Shown here one piece after another: positions 33,381 to 41,445 of a stretch of DNA of 64,000 nt. Under the pieces are notes generated by a model. That model worked only from the letters and a program-made list of their open reading frames with translations. It made no database searches and was not told the DNA's origin. The DNA is from a bacterium HR15 (GTDB lineage: Bacteria; Armatimonadota; Fimbriimonadia; Fimbriimonadales; GBS-DC): positions 6,975 to 70,974 of the forward strand of contig BEHR01000009.1 of NCBI GenBank assembly GCA_002898555.1. Reading direction: 5' to 3'. The position numbers and the translations under genes were made by a program. Each line of letters opens with the position of its first letter. Position 1 is the stretch's first letter.

Positions 33381-36300
33381 ATGATGAGAACGACGGTCAA
33401 TTGCCCTGGAGAGGGTCGGAACAAAGTGATGTTGCTGGTCGCGGCGCTCCTGGTGTTTGCTTCGATCTGGCTGCCCTACTGGCAGATTCACATCGTTGCG
33501 CCGCAGTACCCGAAGGGACTGAATGTCATTGTGTATGTCACGGGTGCGGGCGGCGATGTGCGCGAGGTGGATGGGTTGAACCACTACATCGGCATGCGCC
33601 CGCTGGGTGAGGCAGCACCGTTTGAGCGCAAAATCTCCATCCCTGGTTTGAGCGCGATCGCGCTCGCCCTCCTGCTGCTGATGCTGCTGCCCCGACCACG
33701 CTGGCTGCAAATTCTACTCGCGTTGCCTGTGTGGGCAGTCCCATTTGTGTTTGCAGGCGACCTCTACTACTGGCTGCGTGAATACGGCTTGAACTTGGAT
33801 CCCAAAGCACCTCTCAGCGCGATGATCAAGCCCTTCATCCCACCACTAATAGGACCGGGCAAAGTGGGGCAGTTTCAGGTCTATGCCTGGTTCCATATTG
33901 GCTACTTCATCGTGCTGATCGCAGGGGTTTTGACCTTCGTAGCGGTCTATCGCCGGCTCACCTGCAAACAACTGCAGCAGGCAGTGCCCGCTGTTACCAG
34001 AGTGGCGACCACGGTGGCATTCCTACTGGTGATGGGTCTGGCGCTGTATGGACAGGAACAGACTACCTGGGTTGTCGGTCCTCAAAGCGGTTTGAGCCTG
34101 CAGCAGGCGATTCGGCAGGCGCGCCCGGGCGACACTATTCGCGTGATCGGCGGCGAACACCGGGGCAACTTCATCGTGGATAAAACGCTCACGCTCGTGG
34201 GCGAAGGCTCCCCCGTCCTCAACGGCGAGGGGCGGGGGAGCGTCATCCGTCTGAAAGCGCCCCGATGCGTTTTGCGGGGATTCGTTATTCGCAATAGCGG
34301 GATTGTGCTCAGCACCCAGGACAGTGGCGTGCAGGTTTCCGCACCCGATTGTATCGTGGAAAATAATCGCCTCGAAAAAGTGCTTTTTGGGGTGCATTTA
34401 CAGCGTGCCCATCGAACAATCATTCGTCATAATAAAATCTATTCACACCATTTGCCTGTTGCGCGGCGCGGCGACCAGATTCGCATCTGGTACAGCCACC
34501 ATACCCGCGTTGAAGCCAATCAGGTGGTGGGTGGGCGCGACCTCGTGTTCTGGTATTCAGAGGGGTTGATCATCCGTAATAATCGCGTGCGCAACTGTCG
34601 CTATGGTGTGCATTTTATGTACTGCAACGATAGCCTCGTGGAGGGCAACGATTTAGAGGGCAACTCGGTGGGGGTTTATGTCATGTACAGCGAGGGGGTT
34701 CAGGTGCGTGCCAACCAGATACTGCGCTCGCGCGGTCCGAGCGGAATGGGGTTAGGAGTCAAAGATGGCTATCGCTTACAGATTGAGCGGAACCTTATCG
34801 CGGGCAATCGTACGGGGCTGTTCATCGATAGCGGGGAGGGGGTCTATCGGGAGAACTGGTTTATTCGCAATGATGTGGGCATCCATCTGGTGCTGGCGGT
34901 CAAGCCGAATCTGTTTCAGGGCAATCGGATGGTGGAGAATATCGAGCAGGTGCAGATGGATCGTGCCGATTCGGTGGCGGGCGTGCGCTGGGCAGGCAAC
35001 TTCTGGAGCGACTACTCCGGCTACGATGCAGATGGGGATGGTATCGGCGAGGTGCCTTATCGCGCCATGAAAGTCTTCGATCAGATTGCAGCGAGCAACA
35101 GTGCGCTTCGCTTACTAACATATAGTCCCTCCGCCCAAGCGCTCGATTTCGGAGCGCGATTGTTCCCCCTCTTCGCACCGCAGACGATGGTGACCGACGA
35201 GAAGCCCTTGACCCGTGCAGGCACACCGCCTTCCCTGCCTTTTGAGCAGCCGTTTCCCATGCGCAGCCGATGGCTACTGACCGCTCTGGGATTGCTCATG
35301 GCGGGTGTACTAAGCATGCAGGCTCCCAAGTCCTCTCGTCAAGGAAGACACCTTCGATTGCAGAAACTAATTCAACTGTCCAAGCGGTCGGACAAATCAG
35401 CAAAGTCCGAAATGAAGCCAATGGTGATTCGGGTGGAGAGGTTAACGCGCCGCTTCGGCACGCTGACGGCGGTGGATAACCTGAGTTTTATCGTGCGCGA
35501 GGGCGAAACTCTTGCTCTTTGGGGCGCGAACGGCGCAGGGAAGACGACCATCCTGCGCTGCCTGCTGGGGCTGCTGCGCTTTGAGGGCGAGGCGCAGATC
35601 CTGGGACACTCTGTCAAGCGGGAGGGCGTCATCGTGCGTCAGCAGGTCGGATATGTGCCGCAGCTGGTCTCATTGCATTCCGACCTGAGCGTGCAGGAAA
35701 CCGTTTCCTTCTATGCCCAGTTGCGCGGCGTGCCGATGGAGCGCGCGGATGCCTTGCTCAATGAATGGGAACTGCAAGCCCATCGGGAGAAGCCTATTAG
35801 CGCGCTTTCGGGTGGAATGAAGCAGAAGCTTGCGTTGGTCTTGGCGTTGCTTTCCGATCCACCTGTGCTGCTGCTGGACGAACCGACCGCCCACCTGGAC
35901 GCTGCCTCCCGTGCCGAATGGCTGGAGTTGCTCCGACGGCTGAAAGCACAGGGCAAGACCCTGCTTTTTTGCACGCACCAGCTCAACGAGGTGCGCGCCT
36001 TAGCCGACCGGGTGATCGTGTTGGAGCGTGGGCGCAAAGTGGCGGAGCTGACAGGCGCGCAGTTCACTCGACTCTGGCAACAGCATGGCAGTTTGCGCCT
36101 CTCGGTGCCGCCCGATCAGGTGGAACAAGCCCATCGGGTTCTGCAGGAAGCAGGCTACGACCCTGAAAGCACCGATGGATTGATTCTGGTGCGCCATTTA
36201 GAGGCGAAGCAGGTGGAACCGCTCCGCCTGCTGCTGCAGGCAGGCGTCGAAGTGCTGGACTATGAGTGGCGACCACCCAGCGAACCGCCCGACTGGACCC

Positions 36301-37250
36301 TTTTAGATGAAGCGACACGCTTCATGGCTCTGACCTCCTCACCAACAAGCGACGCACACCCTAACACCCCCACTAAAGGAGAGGGCAGCCCCCTACTGGC
36401 TAACAGTGAAGCATGGGGGCGATGGGGGCGGGTTTATTTGCTTGTTAGCAAAGAGGTGCGTGATGCGCGGCGCAACCGCTGGTTTCTGATGCTGATGGGT
36501 ATTTTTGTGGCACTCTCGCTGCTGCTGACCCTGTTCGGGTTAACGGGCATGGGGCAGAGTGGCGCATCGGGTTTCGGGCGCACCTTCGCCAGCCTGCTGA
36601 ACCTATCGCTGTTGATTGTACCGCTGATGGGGCTGCTGCTGGGCGCACTGAGCATTGCGGTGGAGCGCGATCAGCAAACGCTGCACACCTTGCTGGCGCA
36701 ACCGCTGACACCTGCGACCCTCGTGTTCGGCAAGTTTCTGGGCACGATGCTGACCCTGGGCGCGGCGGTGCTGATCGGCTTCGGCAGTAGCGGGCTGATC
36801 ATTTATATGTCAGGCGCGAATGTGCCGCTTGCGCCGTTCCTGGGGCAGCTGGGGCTAACCCTGCTGCTGGGCTGGAGCTGCCTCGCGCTGGGTTTGTTGG
36901 TCTCCGTGCTGGTGAAACGCGGCCCCACAGCGGTCGGCGTCGCCTTGTTGCTGTGGCTTTTCCTGACCTTTATTAGTGACTTGGGCATTATCGGCACAGC
37001 CATCGCGCTCCAACTACGGGCATCCACGCTGTTGTGGCTGACCCTGCTGAACCCGTTGCAAGTGTTCAAGGTAGCGGTCATCCAGCTGATGGAGGGCAAT
37101 CTGGAGGTGCTTGGCTCGGCAGGGTTGTATGCTCGCGATGTGCTGGGCGACGCTGTGCTACCCATCTTATCAGGTATACTTGTGGCATGGGTTGCAGTTC
37201 CGTTTCTGCTCGCTCTGGGCTGGTTCACCCGCAGGGGGGCAATCGAATGA
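33381..37250 (+). CDS. nosDFY: fused NosB-like membrane module / NosD beta-helix / NosF ABC ATPase / NosY ABC-2 permease (single 1289-aa ORF)
   Basis: No in-frame stop from 33381 to 37250.
- Codons 1-195: 4-TM module.
- Codons about 215-610: NosD motifs, including 'GNFWSDYSGYDADGDGIGEVPY'.
- One TM: 'WLLTALGLLMAGVLSM'.
- Codons 678-about 900: 'GANGAGKTT', 'LSGGMKQKLAL', 'LLLDEPTAHLD'.
- Codons about 1017-1289: NosY-like 'KEVRDARRNRWFLML' plus 6 TM.
SD GGAAGGAGG lies before the ATG. Confidence 0.85.
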   Translation: MMRTTVNCPGEGRNKVMLLVAALLVFASIWLPYWQIHIVAPQYPKGLNVIVYVTGAGGDVREVDGLNHYIGMRPLGEAAPFERKISIPGLSAIALALLLLMLLPRPRWLQILLALPVWAVPFVFAGDLYYWLREYGLNLDPKAPLSAMIKPFIPPLIGPGKVGQFQVYAWFHIGYFIVLIAGVLTFVAVYRRLTCKQLQQAVPAVTRVATTVAFLLVMGLALYGQEQTTWVVGPQSGLSLQQAIRQARPGDTIRVIGGEHRGNFIVDKTLTLVGEGSPVLNGEGRGSVIRLKAPRCVLRGFVIRNSGIVLSTQDSGVQVSAPDCIVENNRLEKVLFGVHLQRAHRTIIRHNKIYSHHLPVARRGDQIRIWYSHHTRVEANQVVGGRDLVFWYSEGLIIRNNRVRNCRYGVHFMYCNDSLVEGNDLEGNSVGVYVMYSEGVQVRANQILRSRGPSGMGLGVKDGYRLQIERNLIAGNRTGLFIDSGEGVYRENWFIRNDVGIHLVLAVKPNLFQGNRMVENIEQVQMDRADSVAGVRWAGNFWSDYSGYDADGDGIGEVPYRAMKVFDQIAASNSALRLLTYSPSAQALDFGARLFPLFAPQTMVTDEKPLTRAGTPPSLPFEQPFPMRSRWLLTALGLLMAGVLSMQAPKSSRQGRHLRLQKLIQLSKRSDKSAKSEMKPMVIRVERLTRRFGTLTAVDNLSFIVREGETLALWGANGAGKTTILRCLLGLLRFEGEAQILGHSVKREGVIVRQQVGYVPQLVSLHSDLSVQETVSFYAQLRGVPMERADALLNEWELQAHREKPISALSGGMKQKLALVLALLSDPPVLLLDEPTAHLDAASRAEWLELLRRLKAQGKTLLFCTHQLNEVRALADRVIVLERGRKVAELTGAQFTRLWQQHGSLRLSVPPDQVEQAHRVLQEAGYDPESTDGLILVRHLEAKQVEPLRLLLQAGVEVLDYEWRPPSEPPDWTLLDEATRFMALTSSPTSDAHPNTPTKGEGSPLLANSEAWGRWGRVYLLVSKEVRDARRNRWFLMLMGIFVALSLLLTLFGLTGMGQSGASGFGRTFASLLNLSLLIVPLMGLLLGALSIAVERDQQTLHTLLAQPLTPATLVFGKFLGTMLTLGAAVLIGFGSSGLIIYMSGANVPLAPFLGQLGLTLLLGWSCLALGLLVSVLVKRGPTAVGVALLLWLFLTFISDLGIIGTAIALQLRASTLLWLTLLNPLQVFKVAVIQLMEGNLEVLGSAGLYARDVLGDAVLPILSGILVAWVAVPFLLALGWFTRRGAIE

Positions 37251-37687
37251 GAGGGTTCTGGCTGCTGGTGCTGCTCGCAGGCTGCCAGCAAGCCGCTCCG
37301 CCACCTACTATTCGCTATGGCGAGGATGCCTGCGCTCACTGCCGCATGATTATCAATGAAGCGCCCTACGCCTGTGCCGTTGAAACGCAGCAGGGCGAGA
37401 TCCGCAAGTACGATGACTTCAATTGCATGTTTTTAGACAGTGGGCAGAGCAAACCCAAACGCTACTGGGTGCATGATTACAACAAGCCTGACCGATGGCT
37501 CGACGGCGTCAAAGCCTACTATGTGCGGGCAGAGGAGCTGCAAACACCGATGGGTAGCCGCACGCTGGCTGTGGCTACACGCGAGGAAGCGGAGCACAAA
37601 GCGCAATTGCTCAAGGGCAAAGTGTTCACTTTCGAACAGATTCGGCAGGAGTTCCTGCCGAGCAAACAACCAACAGACAGGAGGTAG
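37247..37687 (+). CDS. nosL: NosL copper-chaperone lipoprotein
   Basis: ATGA overlap with the preceding ORF. Lipobox 'LLVLLAGC'. 'CAHCRMII' and 'YDDFNCMF' are typical of NosL. Confidence 0.88.
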   Translation: MRGFWLLVLLAGCQQAAPPPTIRYGEDACAHCRMIINEAPYACAVETQQGEIRKYDDFNCMFLDSGQSKPKRYWVHDYNKPDRWLDGVKAYYVRAEELQTPMGSRTLAVATREEAEHKAQLLKGKVFTFEQIRQEFLPSKQPTDRR

Positions 37688-37694
37688 ATCGCTT

Positions 37695-38504
37695 ATGCGC
37701 AAATGGACGCTTGTATCGACGGGTTTTGTCATCGCGCTGACGCTCTGGAGTTGCAAAGGTGGTCAGCAGCAACAGACACAGCAACCGCCCTCTCAACCCC
37801 CTGCAACCACAACGGAGCATCCGACCACTCCACCGGCGGGACCACCACCTGCCCCGACCGATGGCACGGCGACCATCTATGGCATGGTCAAGTTCGAGGG
37901 CACACCCCCGAAACCGGAGCCGATCAACATGGGCGCGGAGCTGCAGTGTGCTGCCATGCATCCCCAACCGCCCACCCGTGAAGACCTGGTAGTGAACAAT
38001 AATGGCACGCTGCGCTGGACGCTGGTCTATGTCAAATCGGGGCTGCCTGCCAACTATAAGCCGACCGTCCCGTCCGAACCCGTGGTGCTGGATCAACAGG
38101 GCTGCGTGTTTCACCCCCATGTGGTGGGGGTTGTAGCAGGGCAGAAAATCATCTTTCGCAACAGCGACCCTGTGCTGCATAACACGCGCGGCACCTCCAA
38201 GAACAACGGCTCCTTCAACTACACACAGCCCCAGAAAGGGCAGGAGAGCGAGCATGTCTTCAAAAATCCCGAACTGGGGATCAAGACGGTGTGCGATGTG
38301 CATCCATGGATGCTGAGTTATATCCATGTGCTGCCGCACCCCTTCTTTGCCGTGACGGGCGAGGACGGGAGCTTCACCATCAAGGGGTTGCCACCGGGCA
38401 AGTACACGCTGGAGTTCGTGCATGAGAAGCTCGGTACCAAGACCGTCGAGGTGGAGGCGAAGGCAAATGCGGTGACGCAGACGGAGGTCGTGTTTAAACA
38501 ATAA
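37695..38504 (+). CDS. cupredoxin-like (amicyanin-type Cu site) lipoprotein with C-terminal CarboxypepD_reg-like domain
   Basis: SD GGAGG. Lipobox 'LTLWSC' and a Pro/Thr/Gln-rich linker. Candidate type-1 Cu ligands are 'VLHNTRG' and 'CDVHPWM' (C-x2-H-P-x-M, as in amicyanin). The C-terminus reads 'DGSFTIKGLPPGKYTLEF'. Confidence 0.65.
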   Translation: MRKWTLVSTGFVIALTLWSCKGGQQQQTQQPPSQPPATTTEHPTTPPAGPPPAPTDGTATIYGMVKFEGTPPKPEPINMGAELQCAAMHPQPPTREDLVVNNNGTLRWTLVYVKSGLPANYKPTVPSEPVVLDQQGCVFHPHVVGVVAGQKIIFRNSDPVLHNTRGTSKNNGSFNYTQPQKGQESEHVFKNPELGIKTVCDVHPWMLSYIHVLPHPFFAVTGEDGSFTIKGLPPGKYTLEFVHEKLGTKTVEVEAKANAVTQTEVVFKQ

Positions 38505-38565
38505 CAACCTTGTCGGATACTCGCCTACAGAGGCATCCTTGCGATTGCGCAGGGATGGAAGCGGG

Positions 38566-38571
38566 TATGAT
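38566..38571 (+). promoter_or_regulatory. -10 box of aspS (leaderless pattern)
   Basis: 'GGGTATGAT', 7 nt before ATG 38579. Confidence 0.55.
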
Positions 38572-38578
38572 TCTGTTG

Positions 38579-40357
38579 ATGAGTTCGTGGAAAAGAACCC
38601 ACTTCTGTGGCGAGTTGCGTTCGGAGCATGTCGGGCAGGCGGTGCGCTTGAACGGTTGGGTGCATCGCCTGCGCGACTTGGGTGGGTTAATCTTTATCGA
38701 TATGCGCGACCGCAGCGGGTTAGTGCAGATTGTATTTGACCCGGCGGTCGATCGCGAGTTGCATGCGCGTGCAGGCGATTTGCGCGTGGAGTATTGCATC
38801 GGGATTGAAGGCGAGGTGCGCCGTCGGCGCCCCGGTGCCGAGAACCCGAAACTGCCGACGGGCGAGATCGAGGTGTTCGCGCAACGCATGATCGTGTTCA
38901 ACCCGTCGCGCACGCCCCCATTCCCCCTCAATGAGGAGCGGCTGGAAGTGGACGAGAACCTGCGCCTCAAATATCGCTATCTGGACCTGCGTCGCCCCGC
39001 GATGTATCGCCGCCTGGAGTTGCGCCACCGCGTGGTCAAGTATATTCGCGATTTTCTCTCGGCACGTGGCTTCCTGGAGGTGGAGACACCTATTCTTATC
39101 AAAAGCACACCGGAAGGGGCACGCGACTACCTTGTGCCCAGCCGGCTCTATCCGGGCAAGTTCTACGCGCTACCTCAATCGCCCCAGCAACTCAAGCAGC
39201 TGCTCATGGTTGCCGGCGTGGAACGCTATTTCCAGATTGCTCGTTGCTTCCGCGACGAGGACCCGCGTGCGGACCGTCAACCCGAATTCACCCAGCTTGA
39301 CCTGGAAATGTCCTTTGTGGAGCGTGAAGATATTCTTAATCTCATCGAGGAGCTATTCACGGGTGCGGTGGAGGAATGTACCGATAAGCGTGTGTTGAAA
39401 CCCTTTCCACGGTTGACCTATGAAGAGGCGATTGCCCGCTATGGCACGGACAAGCCCGACCTACGCTTCGGAATGGAACTTATCGATCTCACGGACCTGC
39501 TGCGCGAGACGGGGTTTCAAGCGTTCCGCGCCGTCATCGAAAGCGGGGGTATTGTCAAAGCGATCGTGATGCCTAACTGTGCCGGTTACTCCCGTAAAGA
39601 GTGGGACGAACTCAGCGAGTTCGTCAAGCGGTTCGGGGCGAAGGGGTTGGCGCCTATCGCGCTGACCGATGGGGGCATTCGCTCACCTATCGCCAAGTTT
39701 CTGAGCGAGGTAGAAGTGCAGGGTATCCTGGCACGCACAGGCGCGCAGGTGGGCGATCTGATCGGCATCGTCGCAGATGAGCCAAAGGTGGTGCATGATG
39801 CGCTCGGACACCTGCGCCAGCAGATGGGTGAGCGATTGCAGCTAATTGACCCGAACTTAATGGCGTTCGCATGGATTTTGGACTTTCCGTTGCTGGAGTG
39901 GAACGAGAAGGAGAACCGCTGGGACCCGACACACCATCCCTTCACCGCACCCCGTGAGGAAGATATCCCCTTGCTGGACAGCGATCCTGGCAGAGTGCGG
40001 GCTCAGTGCTATGACCTGGTGTGCAACGGCAACGAACTCGCCAGCGGCAGCATCCGAATCCATCGGCGTGACCTGCAGGACAAAATCTTTCACCTGCTGG
40101 GCTACACCGATGAGGAAATCAAAGAACGCTTTGGACATCTATTGGAGGCGTTCGAGTTTGGCGCGCCACCGCACGGGGGAATCGCGCCCGGCATCGACCG
40201 CTTCGTGATGCTGCTGACCAACGATGAGACCATCCGCAATGTCATCGCCTTCCCCAAGAACACCGCGATGGTCGATGTGATGTTTGGTGCGCCCGCCCCC
40301 GTGAGCGAGGAGCAGCTGCGCGAATTGCATATCCGCATCGTGCTGAATGAGGAATGA
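38579..40357 (+). CDS. aspS: aspartate--tRNA ligase
   Basis: 'MSSWKRTHFCGELR...GWVHRLRDLGGLIFIDMRDRSG', 'FRDEDPRADRQPEFTQLD' and 'GGIAPGIDR' are AspRS motifs. ATG 38579 lies 7 nt after TATGAT (leaderless pattern), so the upstream ORF extension is rejected. Confidence 0.93.
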   Translation: MSSWKRTHFCGELRSEHVGQAVRLNGWVHRLRDLGGLIFIDMRDRSGLVQIVFDPAVDRELHARAGDLRVEYCIGIEGEVRRRRPGAENPKLPTGEIEVFAQRMIVFNPSRTPPFPLNEERLEVDENLRLKYRYLDLRRPAMYRRLELRHRVVKYIRDFLSARGFLEVETPILIKSTPEGARDYLVPSRLYPGKFYALPQSPQQLKQLLMVAGVERYFQIARCFRDEDPRADRQPEFTQLDLEMSFVEREDILNLIEELFTGAVEECTDKRVLKPFPRLTYEEAIARYGTDKPDLRFGMELIDLTDLLRETGFQAFRAVIESGGIVKAIVMPNCAGYSRKEWDELSEFVKRFGAKGLAPIALTDGGIRSPIAKFLSEVEVQGILARTGAQVGDLIGIVADEPKVVHDALGHLRQQMGERLQLIDPNLMAFAWILDFPLLEWNEKENRWDPTHHPFTAPREEDIPLLDSDPGRVRAQCYDLVCNGNELASGSIRIHRRDLQDKIFHLLGYTDEEIKERFGHLLEAFEFGAPPHGGIAPGIDRFVMLLTNDETIRNVIAFPKNTAMVDVMFGAPAPVSEEQLRELHIRIVLNEE

Positions 40358-41202
40358 TCCAGCTCACCGCGCCCGCCAAGATGAACCTCACCTTGGAGGT
40401 GCTTGGGCGTCGCGAGGATGGGTATCACACCATCGCGAGCCTGATGCATAGGCTGAGCCTGCACGATACCCTGGTCCTAACCCCCATCCCGACGCGGGCG
40501 GGTCAAATACATATCGAGGTGGAGGGCTTTCCTGTCCCGACTGATGAGCGCAACCTGGTCTGGCGCGCGCTAAAATGGGTGGGCGCAACGGCACAATCGG
40601 GTTGGCATGTGCGCCTGATAAAACACATTCCACCCCAAGCAGGGCTGGGTGGTGGCAGCAGCGATGCAGCAGCCATTTTGAAGCACTTCTCCCCATCGCT
40701 TGAGATAGCTCTCCAGCTTGGCTCCGATGTGCCGTTCTTTCTGAATGGGTGCTGCGCTCGCGTGGAGGGGCGTGGCGAGCAGGTGAAGCCATTACCCTCT
40801 ATGCCACCGTTCTGGTGGGTGCTTGCTAAACCGCAAGCAGTAAGCGTTTCCACCGCATGGGCGTATGCGCAGCTCAATCGCCCCCACGGTCGAACCTGCC
40901 CGTCTTATCGGACCAGCGCAACTGATGTCATAGAAAAAGCCCTTCTGCAAGGCACGATTCGGACCCCTGAGGAGCTTGCGCCGCTCTTGCACAACGATTT
41001 TGAGGCGGTGGTGTTGCCCATGTATGAACCGCTGCAACGATTGCGCACTCGCATGGAAAGGCTGGGCGCGTTGCGAGTGCTCCTGTGCGGTAGTGGCGCA
41101 GCCCAGGCAGCACTCTGCCTCTCCCAAACCGAGGCGGAACAGATGGCAGCTACTCTCCGCTGTGAGGGCTACTGGGCGGAAGCGGTCCACCTCGAGAGAT
41201 AA
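40354..41202 (+). CDS. ispE: 4-diphosphocytidyl-2-C-methyl-D-erythritol kinase
   Basis: Carries 'APAKMNLTLEVLGRREDGYH' and the GHMP motif 'PPQAGLGGGSSDAAA'. ATGA overlap with aspS. Confidence 0.9.
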   Translation: MIQLTAPAKMNLTLEVLGRREDGYHTIASLMHRLSLHDTLVLTPIPTRAGQIHIEVEGFPVPTDERNLVWRALKWVGATAQSGWHVRLIKHIPPQAGLGGGSSDAAAILKHFSPSLEIALQLGSDVPFFLNGCCARVEGRGEQVKPLPSMPPFWWVLAKPQAVSVSTAWAYAQLNRPHGRTCPSYRTSATDVIEKALLQGTIRTPEELAPLLHNDFEAVVLPMYEPLQRLRTRMERLGALRVLLCGSGAAQAALCLSQTEAEQMAATLRCEGYWAEAVHLER

Positions 41203-41445
41203 TCGCCCCCATCGTGCCCATGGTACAGCAACCACCTCAAGCTCACTGCATGACCCCGCACAGGTCTATCGCCCCCACCGCCTCTATCCCCCTGCCACCT
41301 AACAAGTGTGCCCGCGTCTGTGGCAAAACACCGCTCTGAAAATCTTGCTCGCACACAGGCATCTGCAAAATTTCAGTTGGCTTGATTCATCCCTCTGGCA
41401 TTGGTGCTATCCACCCGGTGGGCGACAACCGCGCTTTGCATGCCA

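Noticed and set aside
33302-33610. 102-aa ORF overlapping the start of the nos accessory gene.
   Set aside because: It is out of frame with the strongly supported 33381 ORF, has an Arg/Gly-rich composition, and begins inside the terminator/palindrome spacer.
37034-37694. Long N-terminal extensions of ORFs 37034..37687 and 37440..38504.
   Set aside because: The extensions overlap the nosY module and nosL in other frames. Internal ATGs at 37247 and 37695 yield proper lipoprotein signal peptides and are preceded by an ATGA coupling or an SD.
41203-41445. 243-nt gap between convergent ispE and the MFS gene, considered as a candidate sRNA, tRNA or terminator region.
   Set aside because: I could find no convincing stem-loop, T-tract, promoter box or conserved RNA motif by eye. 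It is left unannotated.
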